Below the pieces are notes generated by a model, which searched no databases, was not told the DNA's origin, and saw only the letters and a program-made list of their open reading frames with translations. The position numbers and the translations under genes are program-made. Below, piece after piece: positions 39,054-51,953 of a stretch of DNA of 64,000 nucleotides (position 1 is its first letter; each line of letters opens with the position of its first letter). Origin of the DNA: Octopus vulgaris (lineage: Eukaryota); the NCBI GenBank assembly GCA_951406725.2, contig OX597824.1:60698001-60762000 (forward strand), written 5' to 3'.

Positions 39054-39113
39054 TTACACTGATGAGTAAAAAGTGCATTTTGTGCCCTAATTACGAAATC
39101 ATATGATATGCAA
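39054..39113 (+). ncRNA. type I hammerhead ribozyme, intact core
   Basis: TTACA-CTGATGA-GTAA..TTAC-GAAA-TC(ATAT)GA-TA-TGCAA; palindromic stem III; AUA cleavage triplet; one A-C mismatch in stem I. Confidence 0.78.
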
Positions 39114-39247
39114 CTGAGTCTGTTTTTAGGAGGCTCGCTTCGAGAGTTGCATTCCCTCGCGTTTGGTACAATGTGGTTATTATGGTAGTTTTGACTTTAA
39201 GATTTATGTATAGTAATGCCCTTAATATATATATACACACACATACA

Positions 39248-39285
<38 letters not shown>

Positions 39286-39527
39286 TACACACATGCACAT
39301 ACTCACACATACACACACATTTACATATATGTATATATATATATATATGTAAAGAAGATATGAGGAGTTTAGATCACGATGACTCAAACTATTAGGTATA
39401 CGTTCTGAATGATCAAATAGGTGTACCACAAAAATCCCAGTTAGAACACCAATTAAAGTTGTGGTCATGTGAAGGTCTTGTTAAAAAACGGTTAATGGTG
39501 GCTTCCCTTTCAGTCAGTAAGTATAGG

Positions 39528-40839
39528 TTAAAGTAGTGAAGAAAGGCAAACAATTAATCAAGGTAGGACAAGGACATTTCATTTCATTTAATTCAATCTA
39601 AACATTTAGCAACATTGGTAAAAAACAGTACAAGACTGGTAAAGATAGTCTCTTGACAGCTGTTTCTGGAATATCCCAGCTAATGAAGCTTTGTATAAGT
39701 TGGGTATTCCATCATATAAGTCGGGTATTCCATCATATAAGTCAGGTATTCCATCATTGGTGAAATATAGGTTAGACAGTGGAAAGGCTGCTCCTCATCA
39801 ATGATATTTGTTGTGGTTCATTATGTCCAGGTGGGGAGGAGGGTCCAGTTAAATCCAGTTGTATTGGGTCTTCTTTAGGTGAGTACATGATCAGAAAGAC
39901 TGATTAAGTGGTACATCAAGGTAAGAAGATTGAAAGAATTGTTATGCAGTTCTCCATATTGAAGGAAAATGAAATTGAATGCTAGCAGATCCAGTGTTGT
40001 GCATGGAATACGGATATATTCTGATGAGAGCAAAGATGAAAAGGTAATGTTGGAACTGCTTACATTCACTCTTCCTGTGGAGTGAATACACTTCAGTATA
40101 CTTTTCTACTCTAATCACAAGGCCAGAAATTTTGATGGAGGGAGCCAGTCAATTAGACTGACCCCAGTACACAACTGGTACTTAATTTATCGCCCCCCCC
40201 CAGGATGAAAGGCAAAGTCGACCTTGGTGAAATTTGAACTCAGAACATAAAGACAGACGAAATACTGCTAAGCATTTCACCCGGCGTGCTAACGCTTCTG
40301 CCAGCTGGTCACCTTTACATTTCAATACACTGAACAGTGTACATCCAATGCATACCTCTTACCTTTTTATCTTTGCTCTCACCAGTATTTATCTTTATTC
40401 CGTGCACAATGCTGGATCTGCTAGCATTCAATTTCATTTTCCTTCAATATGGAGTATTGCATAACAATTTGTTCCCTCTTCTCATCATGATGTACTACTC
40501 TTTCTGATCATGGATTTACCTAAAGAAGACCTGATCCAGATGGATTTAGCTGGATCCTCCTGAACATAATGAACCACAACAAATAACATTGATGAGGAAC
40601 AGCTTTTCCACTATCTAGCCTATATTTCTCCGTTGTTGGAATACCTGACTTGTGTCTTCACTCGATATAAGGCTCCAATAGCTGGGATATCACAGAAACA
40701 GCTGTCAGAGACTCTCTTTACCAGTTTGCACTGTTTTTATACTATTTGTTCTGTAGTTAAATTTTTAGGTTGAATTAAATGAAATTAAATGTCCTTGTCC
40801 TGCCTTCACTAATTATTTGCCTTTCCTCCCTACTTTAAC
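39528..40839. mobile_element. old fold-back Penelope-like element with decayed hammerheads; SINE inserted in the loop
   Basis: Arms ~39528-40080 and ~40320-40839 are diverged reverse complements. GAAACAGCTGTC at 40695-40706(+) and 39655-39666(-). Confidence 0.7.
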
Positions 40840-41699
40840 ACATATATATTTATATGTACACACACAAACATACATGTATGTCACAGGAGAGCTAAATGTG
40901 TATGTATACATGTATACATACATACATACATATATACATACATACATACATGTACACATACACATTTAGCTCTCCTGTCACTATTGACAACCATTTCCCC
41001 TCTTTATACAACCCTGTATCTTGCAAAATAACTCACTCTCTCACCTCTCTCTCTCTACCAAACTTTTTATTGCTATCCTTCCATCTTGATACCCTCTTTC
41101 TTACATGTCATTTTTGATTACTCTTTGTTGACATGCATCATTTCCCTTGTTTATTTGACTCAATCTACCATTGTCCCATGCTTACTATCATTACCTATTT
41201 CCTCTATCATGCTGTCTCTCCTATCTTTTATCTGGTTAAGTCATTACACTGCGGCGATGCTGGGGCACTGCCTATAAGAACTTTAATTGAATGAATCGAC
41301 CCCAGTATTTATTTTTTTAAAGCCTAGTAGCTATTCTATCAGTCTCTTTTTGCTTAACTCCTTAGTTATGGGAATGGAAACATAACCACACCAACACTGG
41401 TGTGGTTATGTGGTGGAAGATAAACAGTGGTGGGGGATAAACAGAGACAGAAAGATACACACACACATGCACTTACGGGCTTCTTTCAGTATCTATCTAC
41501 CAAATCCACTCACAAGACTTGCTCAAGGTACCATGCAGTGGAACAGAAACAGGAACCATGTAGTAGGGAAGCAAGTTTCTTTATTTCATTATATTTGCCA
41601 TAAAGGCAGCACATAGAGTAAAGTAGCTTTGCGGGCTGGACAAGGACATTAATGAAATGAATGATAATGAAAGAAAGATGATAAGGATGGGAGAAGACA

Positions 41700-42270
41700 A
41701 AAAGCATTGGCCGACTTTTGCTACTCTAAAACATTGTTCTTTAAAACCAAACACAAAACGAGGTATTAAACCTCTTACAACTTTTACAACTTTTCAATTT
41801 TTGGACTTAACAGTCCATTACAAACAACAACATAGTTCAATAATTACAAATAATATATGTAAATACTATACACAAGGCCCCTCCTCCCAGACCAGGCTGT
41901 ACACCTCCCTTAGGCAATGCTCCAGCTCCAGGTCGGAGCCCCAGAAGGCATATCTAAACTTGTCCTTTGAGAAGGTGTTCATCACCCTGACCATAGCAAC
42001 CATTGTAGCCCACCTATGGATCCTTGATATACCCCCATAACACCATACAATCCAAAATGGATAAAGATTATCTGATTTGAGCATGTCAATACTTCAGACC
42101 CCATATTGAAGTAGCCATTGATGCTAAAGGTGAATTCCTTGGATAGGTGTAATAAAAGGATTCTCAAGATTATTTGTACCAATTTGTTTTCAAATACAGT
42201 TTTTCTTTGATGAGTTATACATCTTTTTCTAAATTCATTGAAAAGATTGCAAAAGACTGTCATACCCTGT
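41700..42270 (-). mobile_element. probable Tx1/L1-like LINE 3' end, degenerate
   Basis: Minus-strand remnant RWATMVAMVRV followed by a T-rich UTR; weak motif evidence only. Confidence 0.35.
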
Positions 42271-42447
42271 ACGTACACACACACACACACATTATATATA
42301 TATGTGTAAATAAAAACTGATGATGACGAAGATGAAAATGTAGATATCAGTCATGATGATCACAATAACAGGGAGAAATAACAACGATGTCAAAGTATTT
42401 TTACACCACAAATGATGTTAAGCATTACAGAAATGTTTAAAATATAC

Positions 42448-42539
42448 CATTTTCATCATGGAACAGGCTGCTGGAGTCACATTTGCTCGATATTGGTTAT
42501 GTTCCTGGAGTATGGTTTCTCTGTCTTTTTCTGATATTC
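42448..42539 (-). CDS. module A exon 2: CAP domain N-terminal helix
   Basis: tttcaacttcag / ATG|gtatat; phase 1-0; (G)ISEKDRETILQEHNQYRANVTPAACSMMKM (HNxxR motif). Confidence 0.95.
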
Positions 42540-43539
42540 CTGAAGTTGAAATAAATGTATGGAACAGGTTAAATATTGGTGCAGTGATTTATGGACAGTG
42601 CCAACAGATGTGAGTTTAACTAGTTACTTTTGAATACATTTATGCTATGATCTCTAGAATCGCCATCTCAGAATGATGAAATAACTGTAGATACCATTAT
42701 TTCAGACTACTACCTTGTTCCAGTGTTAAAATAAGAAATGAAGACTGTCAAGGCTTCATATGGTCACTGGAAGTGATTATACAAATCTCAACATATTCTA
42801 TTTCATATTTTTTCTTAAAATAAAAATACCAACTTCCTATATCAATAGCTCAGAAAACAAAGAAATTGGAAAATACAAAGAAATACAAAGAAATTGGAAA
42901 AAAAGAGAGATAAGAAAGAAGAGAAAATAAAGGGTGGGGTGGGGTAAAGCAGCAGAAGATGGAGGGAGAGAGGACGATGGGTCACCTCAGAACAAATGGT
43001 GTGCTCAGCCGAGCCCTGCAATAATGATTGTGATGGCATTGCCCCAGAGAATGGTCAGCAATGTTCACTGCAGCAGCCACTCTACCTCATGAGGCTCAGC
43101 AGCATTTTGACACTTTGTGTTCTGAGTTCAAATGTAGTGGAGTTCTTTGCCTTTTATCCCTTTGGGGTTGATAAAATAATCCCTATTTTTCAGGAGAAAT
43201 CGGTAGTATGGGGTTTGAGAACACCTGGTGTCTCAATGGCCATTGACACAAATTGATAGTGGCCGATCAAGCCCCTGTATTTATCACTTTGTCTCACTTT
43301 CACGTAAGATTCTTGAAGGGGAAAAAAAAATAAAACTCTGAACTTTATCTAAAACAAGTTTAATTTCTGTTTGTTGGAACTAATTATTAGGAATAGTAAG
43401 CTATATCCAACATCTTCTCATTTTTATTGACAATAATAAGAATTCTAAGAATGCCATGAATTTTCCTACATAAAACAAAAATATTTTCTTGGTAAAAATG
43501 AGTAAAATAATTAGAATGAAGTTAGTAATTGGTACTTAC

Positions 43540-43618
43540 CAGAGGAAATGACTCTGCTACATTTGCTTGAACATGCTGTGTGGCCTTTTATTCCTTGGAA
43601 CAATCGTGGACAATATTT
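43540..43618 (-). CDS. module A exon 1: cysteine-rich pre-CAP segment
   Basis: ctcttttgaacag / CTG|gtaagt; phase 0-1; KYCPRLFQGIKGHTACSSKCSRVISS (HTxC motif of invertebrate CAP proteins). Confidence 0.92.
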
Positions 43619-43733
43619 CTGTTCAAAAAGAGACAAAGGAGTAAATAAACAATAATGTCTGTTAACCAGCTCTTGCTAACCAAAACTGATTGTTTCATGA
43701 TAAAAAATCAGATCCGACAGCACAGGTCCTTAC

Positions 43734-43827
43734 TTTTTCCCTTGCTTCATTTCCTATCTTGATAGTCATGTGGAGATTATTAGACAAGTGGTCATGGCAT
43801 AGATTGTTGAGAACAAGATTATGGAGG
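43734..43827 (-). CDS. possible extra upstream exon of module A (uncertain)
   Basis: ttttaacactag / AAA|gtaagg; the only open frame LHNLVLNNLCHDHLSNNLHMTIKIGNEAREK ends in phase 0; no recognisable motif. Confidence 0.35.
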
Positions 43828-43978
43828 CTAGTGTTAAAAGAGGACATATAAAATATACACCAAAATATAATTCTTGTGAAATGCCTTTGGTACCATAGAT
43901 AAAAATAATGAAGTAGTTGTTGGAATAGCAAGTACAGAGTACTTTATCATTATCACTATCATTATCATTATTATTATA

Positions 43979-44200
43979 AAGGTGGTGAGCTGGCAGAACC
44001 GTTAGCATGCCAGGCAAAATGCTTAGTGGCATTTCGTCATCTTTATGTTCTGGGTTCAAATTCCGCTGAAATTGACTTTGCTTTTCATCCTTTCAGGGTC
44101 GATAAAATAAGAACCAGTTGAGTACTGGGGTTGATATAATTGATTTACTCCTTCCTCACAAAATTTCAGGCCTTGTGCCTATTGTAGAAAGGATTATTAT
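43979..44200 (+). mobile_element. tRNA-headed SINE family 2, full copy
   Basis: B-box-like GGTTCAAATTCC, central ttcatcctttcagggtcgataaaataag domain, (ATT)n tail; multiple copies in the window. Confidence 0.8.
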
Positions 44201-44970
44201 TATTTATTCTTTTTATCTCAGGTTTTGTTGTAACTTCTGGAGTTACCCCCAGCCTATGGCACCGTGCTATCTGTTCTTTTCAATTATCTAATATTTTCCT
44301 AATTATAGTGGCTGTGCCACGGAGGCAAACCTTTTGTAACAGTTCTACTGGGCACTCTATTCCAATTTCCTTTATATTCCTCTTGGTGCCTTCTGATACT
44401 GTCCCCAAGGACCCAACAGTAATTGGCACTATCTTCTCTTTCTTCATTTTCTATAGCTGGGATATTTTATATTTAAAAAGATTGTATATATCTATCTTTT
44501 CACCTTCTTTCTACACTATTCATGTAGGTCAAGGGGGCATGCAACATCAACTAAATAGCACATTTGGTGCATCATGCCCACCACCACTAGGTTTGGTCTG
44601 TTATGCTCTAGTGCCTGTTCTGTTTGGACTGGGAAATCTCAGAGGATTTTTCAGATTTCCAACTCAGCCACTCTCCATGGTTTGTGCTCATACCATGTCT
44701 TGCCTCTTTCTAGCCACAACTTTTTGCACACTTTTCAATGTATCACATTCCCTACATTATTATTATTGACAAAGTGGTGAGCTGGCAGCATTGTTCGCAC
44801 ACTGGGTAAACTGTTTAGTGGCATTTCATCCACTTTACGGTCTGAGTTCAAATTTTGTCTTCTTTGCCTTTTATACTTTTGGGATCAATAAAATAAGTAC
44901 CAGTTGAGCACTAGGATTGATGTAATCGATTTCACCCCTACTCAGATGTTGCCAAAATTTGAAACCATCA

Positions 44971-45005
<35 letters not shown>

Positions 45006-45262
45006 GAATGTTCTGGCAGTGAGCTGGCAGAATTATTAGAGCATAAGGAAAAATGCCTTGCAGTACATCCTCTGACTATCAATGATCAAAGTTTAAATCC
45101 AATGGAAGTCAACTTTGTCTTAAATTCTCTTCTACAAGTCAACAATGGAGAGTTATCAGTTATAAGTTAACCTCTTCTGAATTTCAGGTGTTGCACTTAC
45201 ATTAGAAACAATTGCTGTTAGATAACCCAGTTGAATATCAGACACAATATATATATATATAT

Positions 45263-48200
45263 ATGGCCCACACCTCCCACACCCTCAGAGTTGGCACACT
45301 CAATGTTGGCACATTGAAAGGTAGGTCTGGAGAGATTGTTGAGCTGCTTGAACGGAGACGTGTGGATTTATGCTGCATCCAGGAAGTAAGGTGGAGAGGA
45401 GGTTCCGCTAGGCTCCTCACAGGCAAGGAACACAGGTACAAGATTTTCTGGGCAGGGAACACTGACGGGGTCGGGGGCGTGGGTATACTTCTTGTGGAGA
45501 AATGGGTAGATAAGGTAATCGAGGTAGTCAGAGTAAGTGACAGAGTACTTAAGATTAGATTAGTGCTTCATCATAGGCCAGCTACCATCATCTCGGCATA
45601 TGCCCCTCAACCAGGGCTACCGGAAGGACAGAAAGACCAATTCTACGACACCCTATTGCGGACTACCTCGTTGACAAATGACAGTGACCTTCTCTTTGTG
45701 GCAGGTGATTTCAATGGACATGTCGGGGGCTTCCATGGCGTTCATGGAGGCTACGGTTTTGGCTCTCGAAATGAGGAGGGAACCAGGCTGCTGGAGTTCT
45801 GTGATGCAAATGAACTTATGGTTTGCAATACCAACTTCAGGAAACCCACCTCTCACCTAGTCACCTACCGTTCTGGCAGGCACACTAGCCAGATTGACTA
45901 CATCCTCGCCAGAAAGAGGGAAAGAAGGCTGCTTATAAATGCCAAAACCTTTCCAGGCAAAGAATGTACTCCTCAACATAGATTAGTAGTTAGCGACTTC
46001 AGGATCAGAGCTAAATGGTTGCCCAGAAGAAGACCAGCTTGGAGGAGAAGGGTCTGGAAGCTTAAAGATCCTGCAAATGGACAGAGATTTAGAGACATAC
46101 TACTCGAAGCCTTTGACGAAATAGAAGGGGATATAGCTTCACTTAATGTGGAAGACAACTGGAGATTTCTACGGGACAATCTGCTGACAGCCACTGACCA
46201 GATCTGTGGATGGAGCAAAGTCCCATCTCGACCCAGAGTAACGTGGTGGTGGAACAATGTGGTTGACAGGGCTATTAGACAAAAGAAACAGGCTTGGAGG
46301 GACTGGAAGAACGGTGGTAGCAGGGAATTGTATCAGACAGCCAGAAGGGAAGCTAGGAGACAGGTTTATTTAGCCAGAAGGGAAGCGGATAAGAAAAAAT
46401 TTGCCAATGTTCTGCGCCGTGAGGATTAAAAACTTGAGGTATTTCGTGTTGCAAGACAGTGTGTGAGAGAGAGTCGTGATGTGGTAGGAGAGAAATGTGT
46501 CCGCATGGATGATGGTTCACTTGCGCTAAATGAGGATGCAAAGAGAGAGGTTTGGAGATGCCACTATGAAAGGTTGCTGAATAAAGAAAATGAATGGGAT
46601 AAAGAGAGTCTGCCGAATGTCAACCCAACAGAGGGACCAGCCATCCGAGTTGACAATTCTTTGGTAGTTAAGGCAATTAGAAGCATGAAGACAGGGAAAG
46701 CGCCAGGCCCATCAGGAATTACTGCAGAGATGCTCAAAATATCTGGCAGTGTCGGCTATAACCTAGTCACCCGTATAGTTAACCAGGTGATACACGAAGG
46801 AGTCATACCCAATGACTGGTGTAGCAGCATACTAGTCAAACTGCTACAAAGGTAAAGGAGACGCCCGAGATACAAATAATTACAGAGGTATCAAGCTGTT
46901 GGATCAGGTAATGAAAGTTACAGAGAGGGTCATAGCCCAACTGATTAGGGAGAGAGTCAACTTAGACGAGATGCAGTTTGGTTTCATGCCAGGGAAAAGC
47001 ACCACAGATGCCATATTTCTGATGAGACAGCTGCAGCAGAAATACCTAGCCAAAGATAAGCCCCTGTACCTGGCCTTCGTTGACATGGAGAAAGCCTTTG
47101 ACAGGGTCCCCCGATCCCTTATCTGGTGGTCAATGAGGAAACTAGGGATAGATGAATGGCTGGTGAAGGCTGTGCAAGCCATGTACAGGGATGCTGTAAG
47201 TAAGGTTAGGGTTGGCAACATGTACACAGAAGAATTCAAAGTAGAGGTTGGGGTCCACCAGGGTTCAGTACTCAGCCCCCTCCTATTTATCATAGTCCTC
47301 CAGGCAATAATGGAGGAATTCAAGACAGGTTGCCCCTGGGAGCTCCTCTATGCTGACGACCTTGCTCTAATTGCTGAGTCACTATCAGAACTGGAGGAGA
47401 AGTTCCAGGTGTGGAAGGAGGGCTTAGAATCGAGGGGCCTTAGAGTCAACCTAGCTAAAACCAAAGTACTAATAAGTAGGAAGGTAGACAATCCACAAAT
47501 GTCTTCAAGAAGATGGCCCTGCTCGATCTGTAGAAAAGGTGTAGGTAGAAACTCTATAAGATGTACCCAGTGTAAGCTATGGACACATAAGAAGTGCAGC
47601 AATGTCAAAGGAAGGCTAACTGGGAAGATAGTTTTTGTACGAGGGGCGTTCAATAAGTAATGCCTCTGACCCACTTGCAGTTGTTTGATCTAGCTGAAAA
47701 TTTACATGTGCAATTATTTATATCTCTATAGATTAAGTGACAAATTACAGCTCTGAACTAATTGTGGTTTCTGATTTACAGGTGTTTGAACTGAGTCAAG
47801 TGTGAAATGGAGCCTGTTGAGTGTCGAGCAGTGATCCGGTTTTTGTATTTGAAAGGACGCACACCATGGGAGACTTTTGATGAAATGAAATTGAATTATG
47901 GTGATGATGCCCCATCATATGACCTTGTAAAACGCTGGCATCGTGAATTCAAACATGGTTGGAACTCTGTGGAAACAGCTCCCAGATCTGGTCGCCCCCC
48001 CTTCTGCCATTGATGAGGCATCTGTCCATCAAGTTGAGGCTGCCATTTTGGAAGATCGACACATAACTATTCGCCAAATAGCCCATGAGGTCAAGTTTAG
48101 TACCGGGTCTGTGGAAACTATCATTCATGACCATTTGCATATGCAAAAGGTGTCTGCCAGATGGATTCCCAGGTTGCTCAAGCAAGAACGCGTCGAGTGC

Positions 48201-50182
48201 TCGAGGATGAATTTGGAGATGTGCCAAGAATATGAGTCAAAAATTTTCAAAAGACTTATTACACAGGATGAAACCTGGGTCCATCACTATGATCCAGAGA
48301 CCAAAGCCCAGTCAATGCAGTAGAAGCACTGTGACTCACCTCCTCCAAAGAAGGCAAGGGTGCAGCCCTCCGCTGGCAAGGTCATGCTCACAGTCTTCTG
48401 GGACCAGGACGGAGTAGTGATGACAGATTTCCTGGCAAAGGCTACCACAATTACAGGAGCCTATTATGCTTCACTTTTGAGGAAATTAAGAGAAGCTATC
48501 AAAATCAAGAGGCGGGGCAAGATCAGCAAAGGCATCCTCCTCCTGCAGGACAACGCTTCGGTCTACAACTCGCGTGTCGCCAGATCAGAAGCACAGGCGT
48601 GCGGCTATGAACTCCTACCCCATCCCCCTACTCTCCTGACCTTGCACCCTCTGATTTTCACCTCTTCCTAGCCATGAAGTTGTTTTTGAAAGGAAAGCGT
48701 TTCCCAGATGATGCAGCCTTGATTTCTGAAGTCACGTCGTGGTTGGAGGACCAAGCTGGGGTCTTCTACAAAAACGGTCTCCAGAGTTGCATCAAACGAT
48801 GGGAGAAATGCGTAACTCTGGATAGTTTCTATGTAGAAAAAGACTAATAACTGTGCCAAGTTTTGTTGCTCTACTGCTATGGGAAATGGGTCAGGGGCAT
48901 TATTTATTGAACGCTCCTCGTATGTGGCAGATGCTCAGGAGCAATAAACTCTGAAAATCTGCAGAAAACAACTTCCGTCACTTTCCAGGGGGAAAAACTA
49001 GAAGTAGTTGATAGCTTCCGTTATCTAGGTGACCAAGTCAGTAGTAGGGGTGGGTGCATTGAAAGTGTAACTGCTAGAGTAAGAATAGCCTGGGCAAAGT
49101 TTAGGGAGCTCTTACCTCTGCTGGTGACTAAAGGCCTCTCGCTCAGAGTAAAAGGCAGACTGTACGATGCATGTGTACGAACAGCCTTGCTACATGGCAG
49201 TGAAACACAGGCCGTGACTGCTGAGGACATGTGTAAGCTCGCGAGGAATGAAGCCAGTATGCTCCGATGGATGTGTAATGTTAGTGTGCATACTCGACAG
49301 AGCGTTAGTCCCTTGAGAGAAATGTTGGACCTAAGAAGCATCAGTTGTGGTGTGCAAGAGAGACGATTGCGCTGGTATGGTCATGTGGCAAGAATGAATG
49401 AAGATAGGTGTGTGAAAAAGTGCCAATCCCTTGCAGTTGAGGGAACCCGTGGAAGAAGTAGACCCAGGAAAACCTGGGACGAGGTGGTGAAGCATGACCT
49501 TCGAACTTTAGGCCTCACTGAGGATATGACCAGCGACCGAGACCTTTGGAAATATGCTGTGCGTGAGAAGACCAGGCAGGAAAAGTGAGTCCAGCCCACT
49601 TATGCATGCCTTTCCTCCCTTGGACACACAAAGACCTGTTGAGGCAAGCGAAGTCGATATCGAACCTCATCCGACGACAGGCACCCATGCCAACCCTCCT
49701 TTGCTTGCGAAGACCTGTTGGGGCAAGTGAAATCGAAATCGGAACGAAATTGAACCAATCCTATGACTGGCACTCGGCAGATGCCAGGACCCCTGGACTG
49801 GTGGTACGTAAAAAGCACTATCCGAATCGTGGCCGATGCCAGCGCTGCCTCAACTGGCTTCTGTGCCGGTGGCACGTAAAAAGCACCATCCGAATCGTGG
49901 TCGATGCCAGTGCCGCCTCGACTGTCTTCCGTGCTGGTGGCACGTAAAATGCACCAATCCGACCGTGGCCGTCGCCAGCCTCGCCTGGCACCTGTGCAGT
50001 GGCACGTAAAAAGCACCCACTACACTCACGGAGTGTTTGGCGTTAGGAAGGGCATCCAGCTGTAGAAACATTGCCAGATAAGACTGGAGCCTGGTGCAGC
50101 CTTCTGGCTTCCCAGATCCCCGGTCGAACCGTCCAACCCATGCTAGCATGGAGAACGGACGTTAAACGATGATGATGATGAT
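45263..50182 (+). mobile_element. near full-length RTE-clade LINE (APE + RT + PHD finger) with one stop, one frameshift and a mariner insertion
   Basis: GTLNVGT, IQEVRW, AGDFNGHVG, QIDYIL, HQGSVLSPLLF, LLYADD, RRLRWYGHV. Lesions at ~46427 and ~46840. Tandem ~58-bp repeats in the 3' UTR; (GAT)n tail. Confidence 0.97.
47640..48920 (+). mobile_element. full-length mariner (DD34D) element, pseudogenised
   Basis: TIRs CGAGGGGCGTTCAATAAGTAATGCCTCTGACCCA / TGGGTCAGGGGCATTATTTATTGAACGCTCCTCG; TA duplication at 47638-39 and 48921-22; WIPRLL, QDETW, QDNA, PDLAPSDF. Confidence 0.97.
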
Positions 50183-50199
50183 ATATATATATATATAAT

Positions 50200-50643
50200 A
50201 TTAGGGAATATGATTCCAAACTTACAGGGAAAAATTCAATTTAGTAATACTAAATCAAATTTCACAATATATAATATATGAATATAAATTAGAGAAGCAC
50301 CACCTTGTAGCAATTCAACAATGATATAATAAAATCATACCATATAGAAAAAAATTAAATATACAATAAAACATATACCTATATGTAAGTAAAGTACAAA
50401 ATAATAATGATAAATAAATTGTATATAATTAGTAAATTAAAGACTACAAGTGTTTCGTGGCTATATTTTCAAATTGATAACAGTAAAATCATTTATTTAT
50501 TATTATATACTATTTATTTATTATTTTGTACTTTACTTAATTATAGGTATATGTTTTATTGTATATTTAATTTTTTTCTGTATGGTATGATTTAATTATA
50601 TCATTGTTGAATTGCTACATGGTGGTGCTTCTCTAATTTATAT
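50200..50643. mobile_element. fold-back Penelope-like fragment with half a hammerhead
   Basis: ~50283-50410 is the reverse complement of ~50515-50643; minus strand C-GAAA-C(ACTT)G-TA-GTCT at 50441-50457. Confidence 0.55.
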
Positions 50644-50644
50644 A

Positions 50645-50690
50645 CATACATATACATGCATGCATGCATACATACACATACATACATACA

Positions 50691-50722
<32 letters not shown>

Positions 50723-50810
50723 CATACGTACGTATGTATGTATGTATGTATGTATGTATGTATGTATGTATGTATGTATGTATATGCATGCATGTATATG
50801 TATGTATATA
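50645..50810. repeat. (CATA)n followed by (TATG)n, a self-complementary microsatellite
   Basis: Directly visible. Confidence 0.9.
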
Positions 50811-51026
50811 AATTAGTTATTTCTTTGTGTTCAAATATTTTTCTTGAAATCACTCCAACCAAGGTGACACATCAAAGAAACCCAGTACAATCTGTAAAGT
50901 AGCTGGCATTAGGAAGGGCATCCAGCCATAGAAACCAGGCCAAAACAGACAACAGGAGCCTGGTGCCACTCTCCACTAACCTACATCAGCATGGAAAATG
51001 GACATTAAATGACGACAACGATGATG

Positions 51027-51062
<36 letters not shown>

Positions 51063-51434
51063 TTATAAAATGAGATAGGGGTTGAAAATTCAACCCACCA
51101 TGGGATAATATATATCCAATATACTGCTAGATAGGTACCCAACAAAATTAATACATAGATGTTAAAAATTGTCAAGCAATCAGTTCATCTATTGTATTAA
51201 ATGGGTAAAGGTAATAATATTACCGTAAATTAATACTACAAAATTAGAGAATGGAGAAACATACTTAAATCAGTAAAACATCAACTATCCGATGATACTC
51301 AATCCATACTTTAATACACCATTACATATGAGTAAAGGCAATATATAAAATGAAATGAGATATACAGTAATAGTAAAAGTAAAAAGATAAAGAGATATAA
51401 GTAAAAAATTTCAAATATAATATGCAAATAAATC

Positions 51435-51550
51435 AAAACTGACAGCTGTTTCGGCAGTGAGGATAGTCATACCTCATTTAACCTATAAGCCATAAAGGCA
51501 GGTATAAATGAGGCATTAACAAGGATGCCCCACGGCCTCTTCAGAGAATT
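51435..51550 (-). ncRNA. type I hammerhead ribozyme with long stem II (inverted copy)
   Basis: Reverse complement of 53999-54114. Confidence 0.8.
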
Positions 51551-51903
51551 AAATTAAATTTGTTATAATAGTGAAAAATATTATATAATCATATACATAT
51601 AAATATAAAAATATAAAAATGTAAAATATAAAAACTTATACATCATAATGCTACACTTATATAATATAATACACATTTGTACAAAAAGGAAGGTAAACAG
51701 AACAAAATAAAACAAAATATATAACAGTGTATATATTAATATTAATAAGTACCGATATTATACATATTTGGCTAATATTTTTTTTTATAAAAAAAAAAAA
51801 AAAAAAAAAAAAAGGGCTAACACATATGGAGATGAAAAATAATAATTAAATCCGTGGTACAGTTCATAAAATTCTAAAGCTATAAAAGTTAATAAAAATT
51901 ACT

Positions 51904-51953
<50 letters not shown>

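Larger units (their letters stand above)
38401..39230 (+). mobile_element. Penelope-like pseudo-LTR / retrozyme-like partial tandem (492-bp unit) with a short inverted 5' piece
   Basis: Units start at 38439 and 38931; 38401-38439 is the reverse complement of ~38802-38840; one hammerhead per unit. Confidence 0.8.

Noticed and set aside
49795-50020. Repeated ggtggcacgtaaaaagcacc motif with variable interspaces
   Set aside because: Tandem repeats of the RTE 3' UTR, also present in the copy at 23450-23890.
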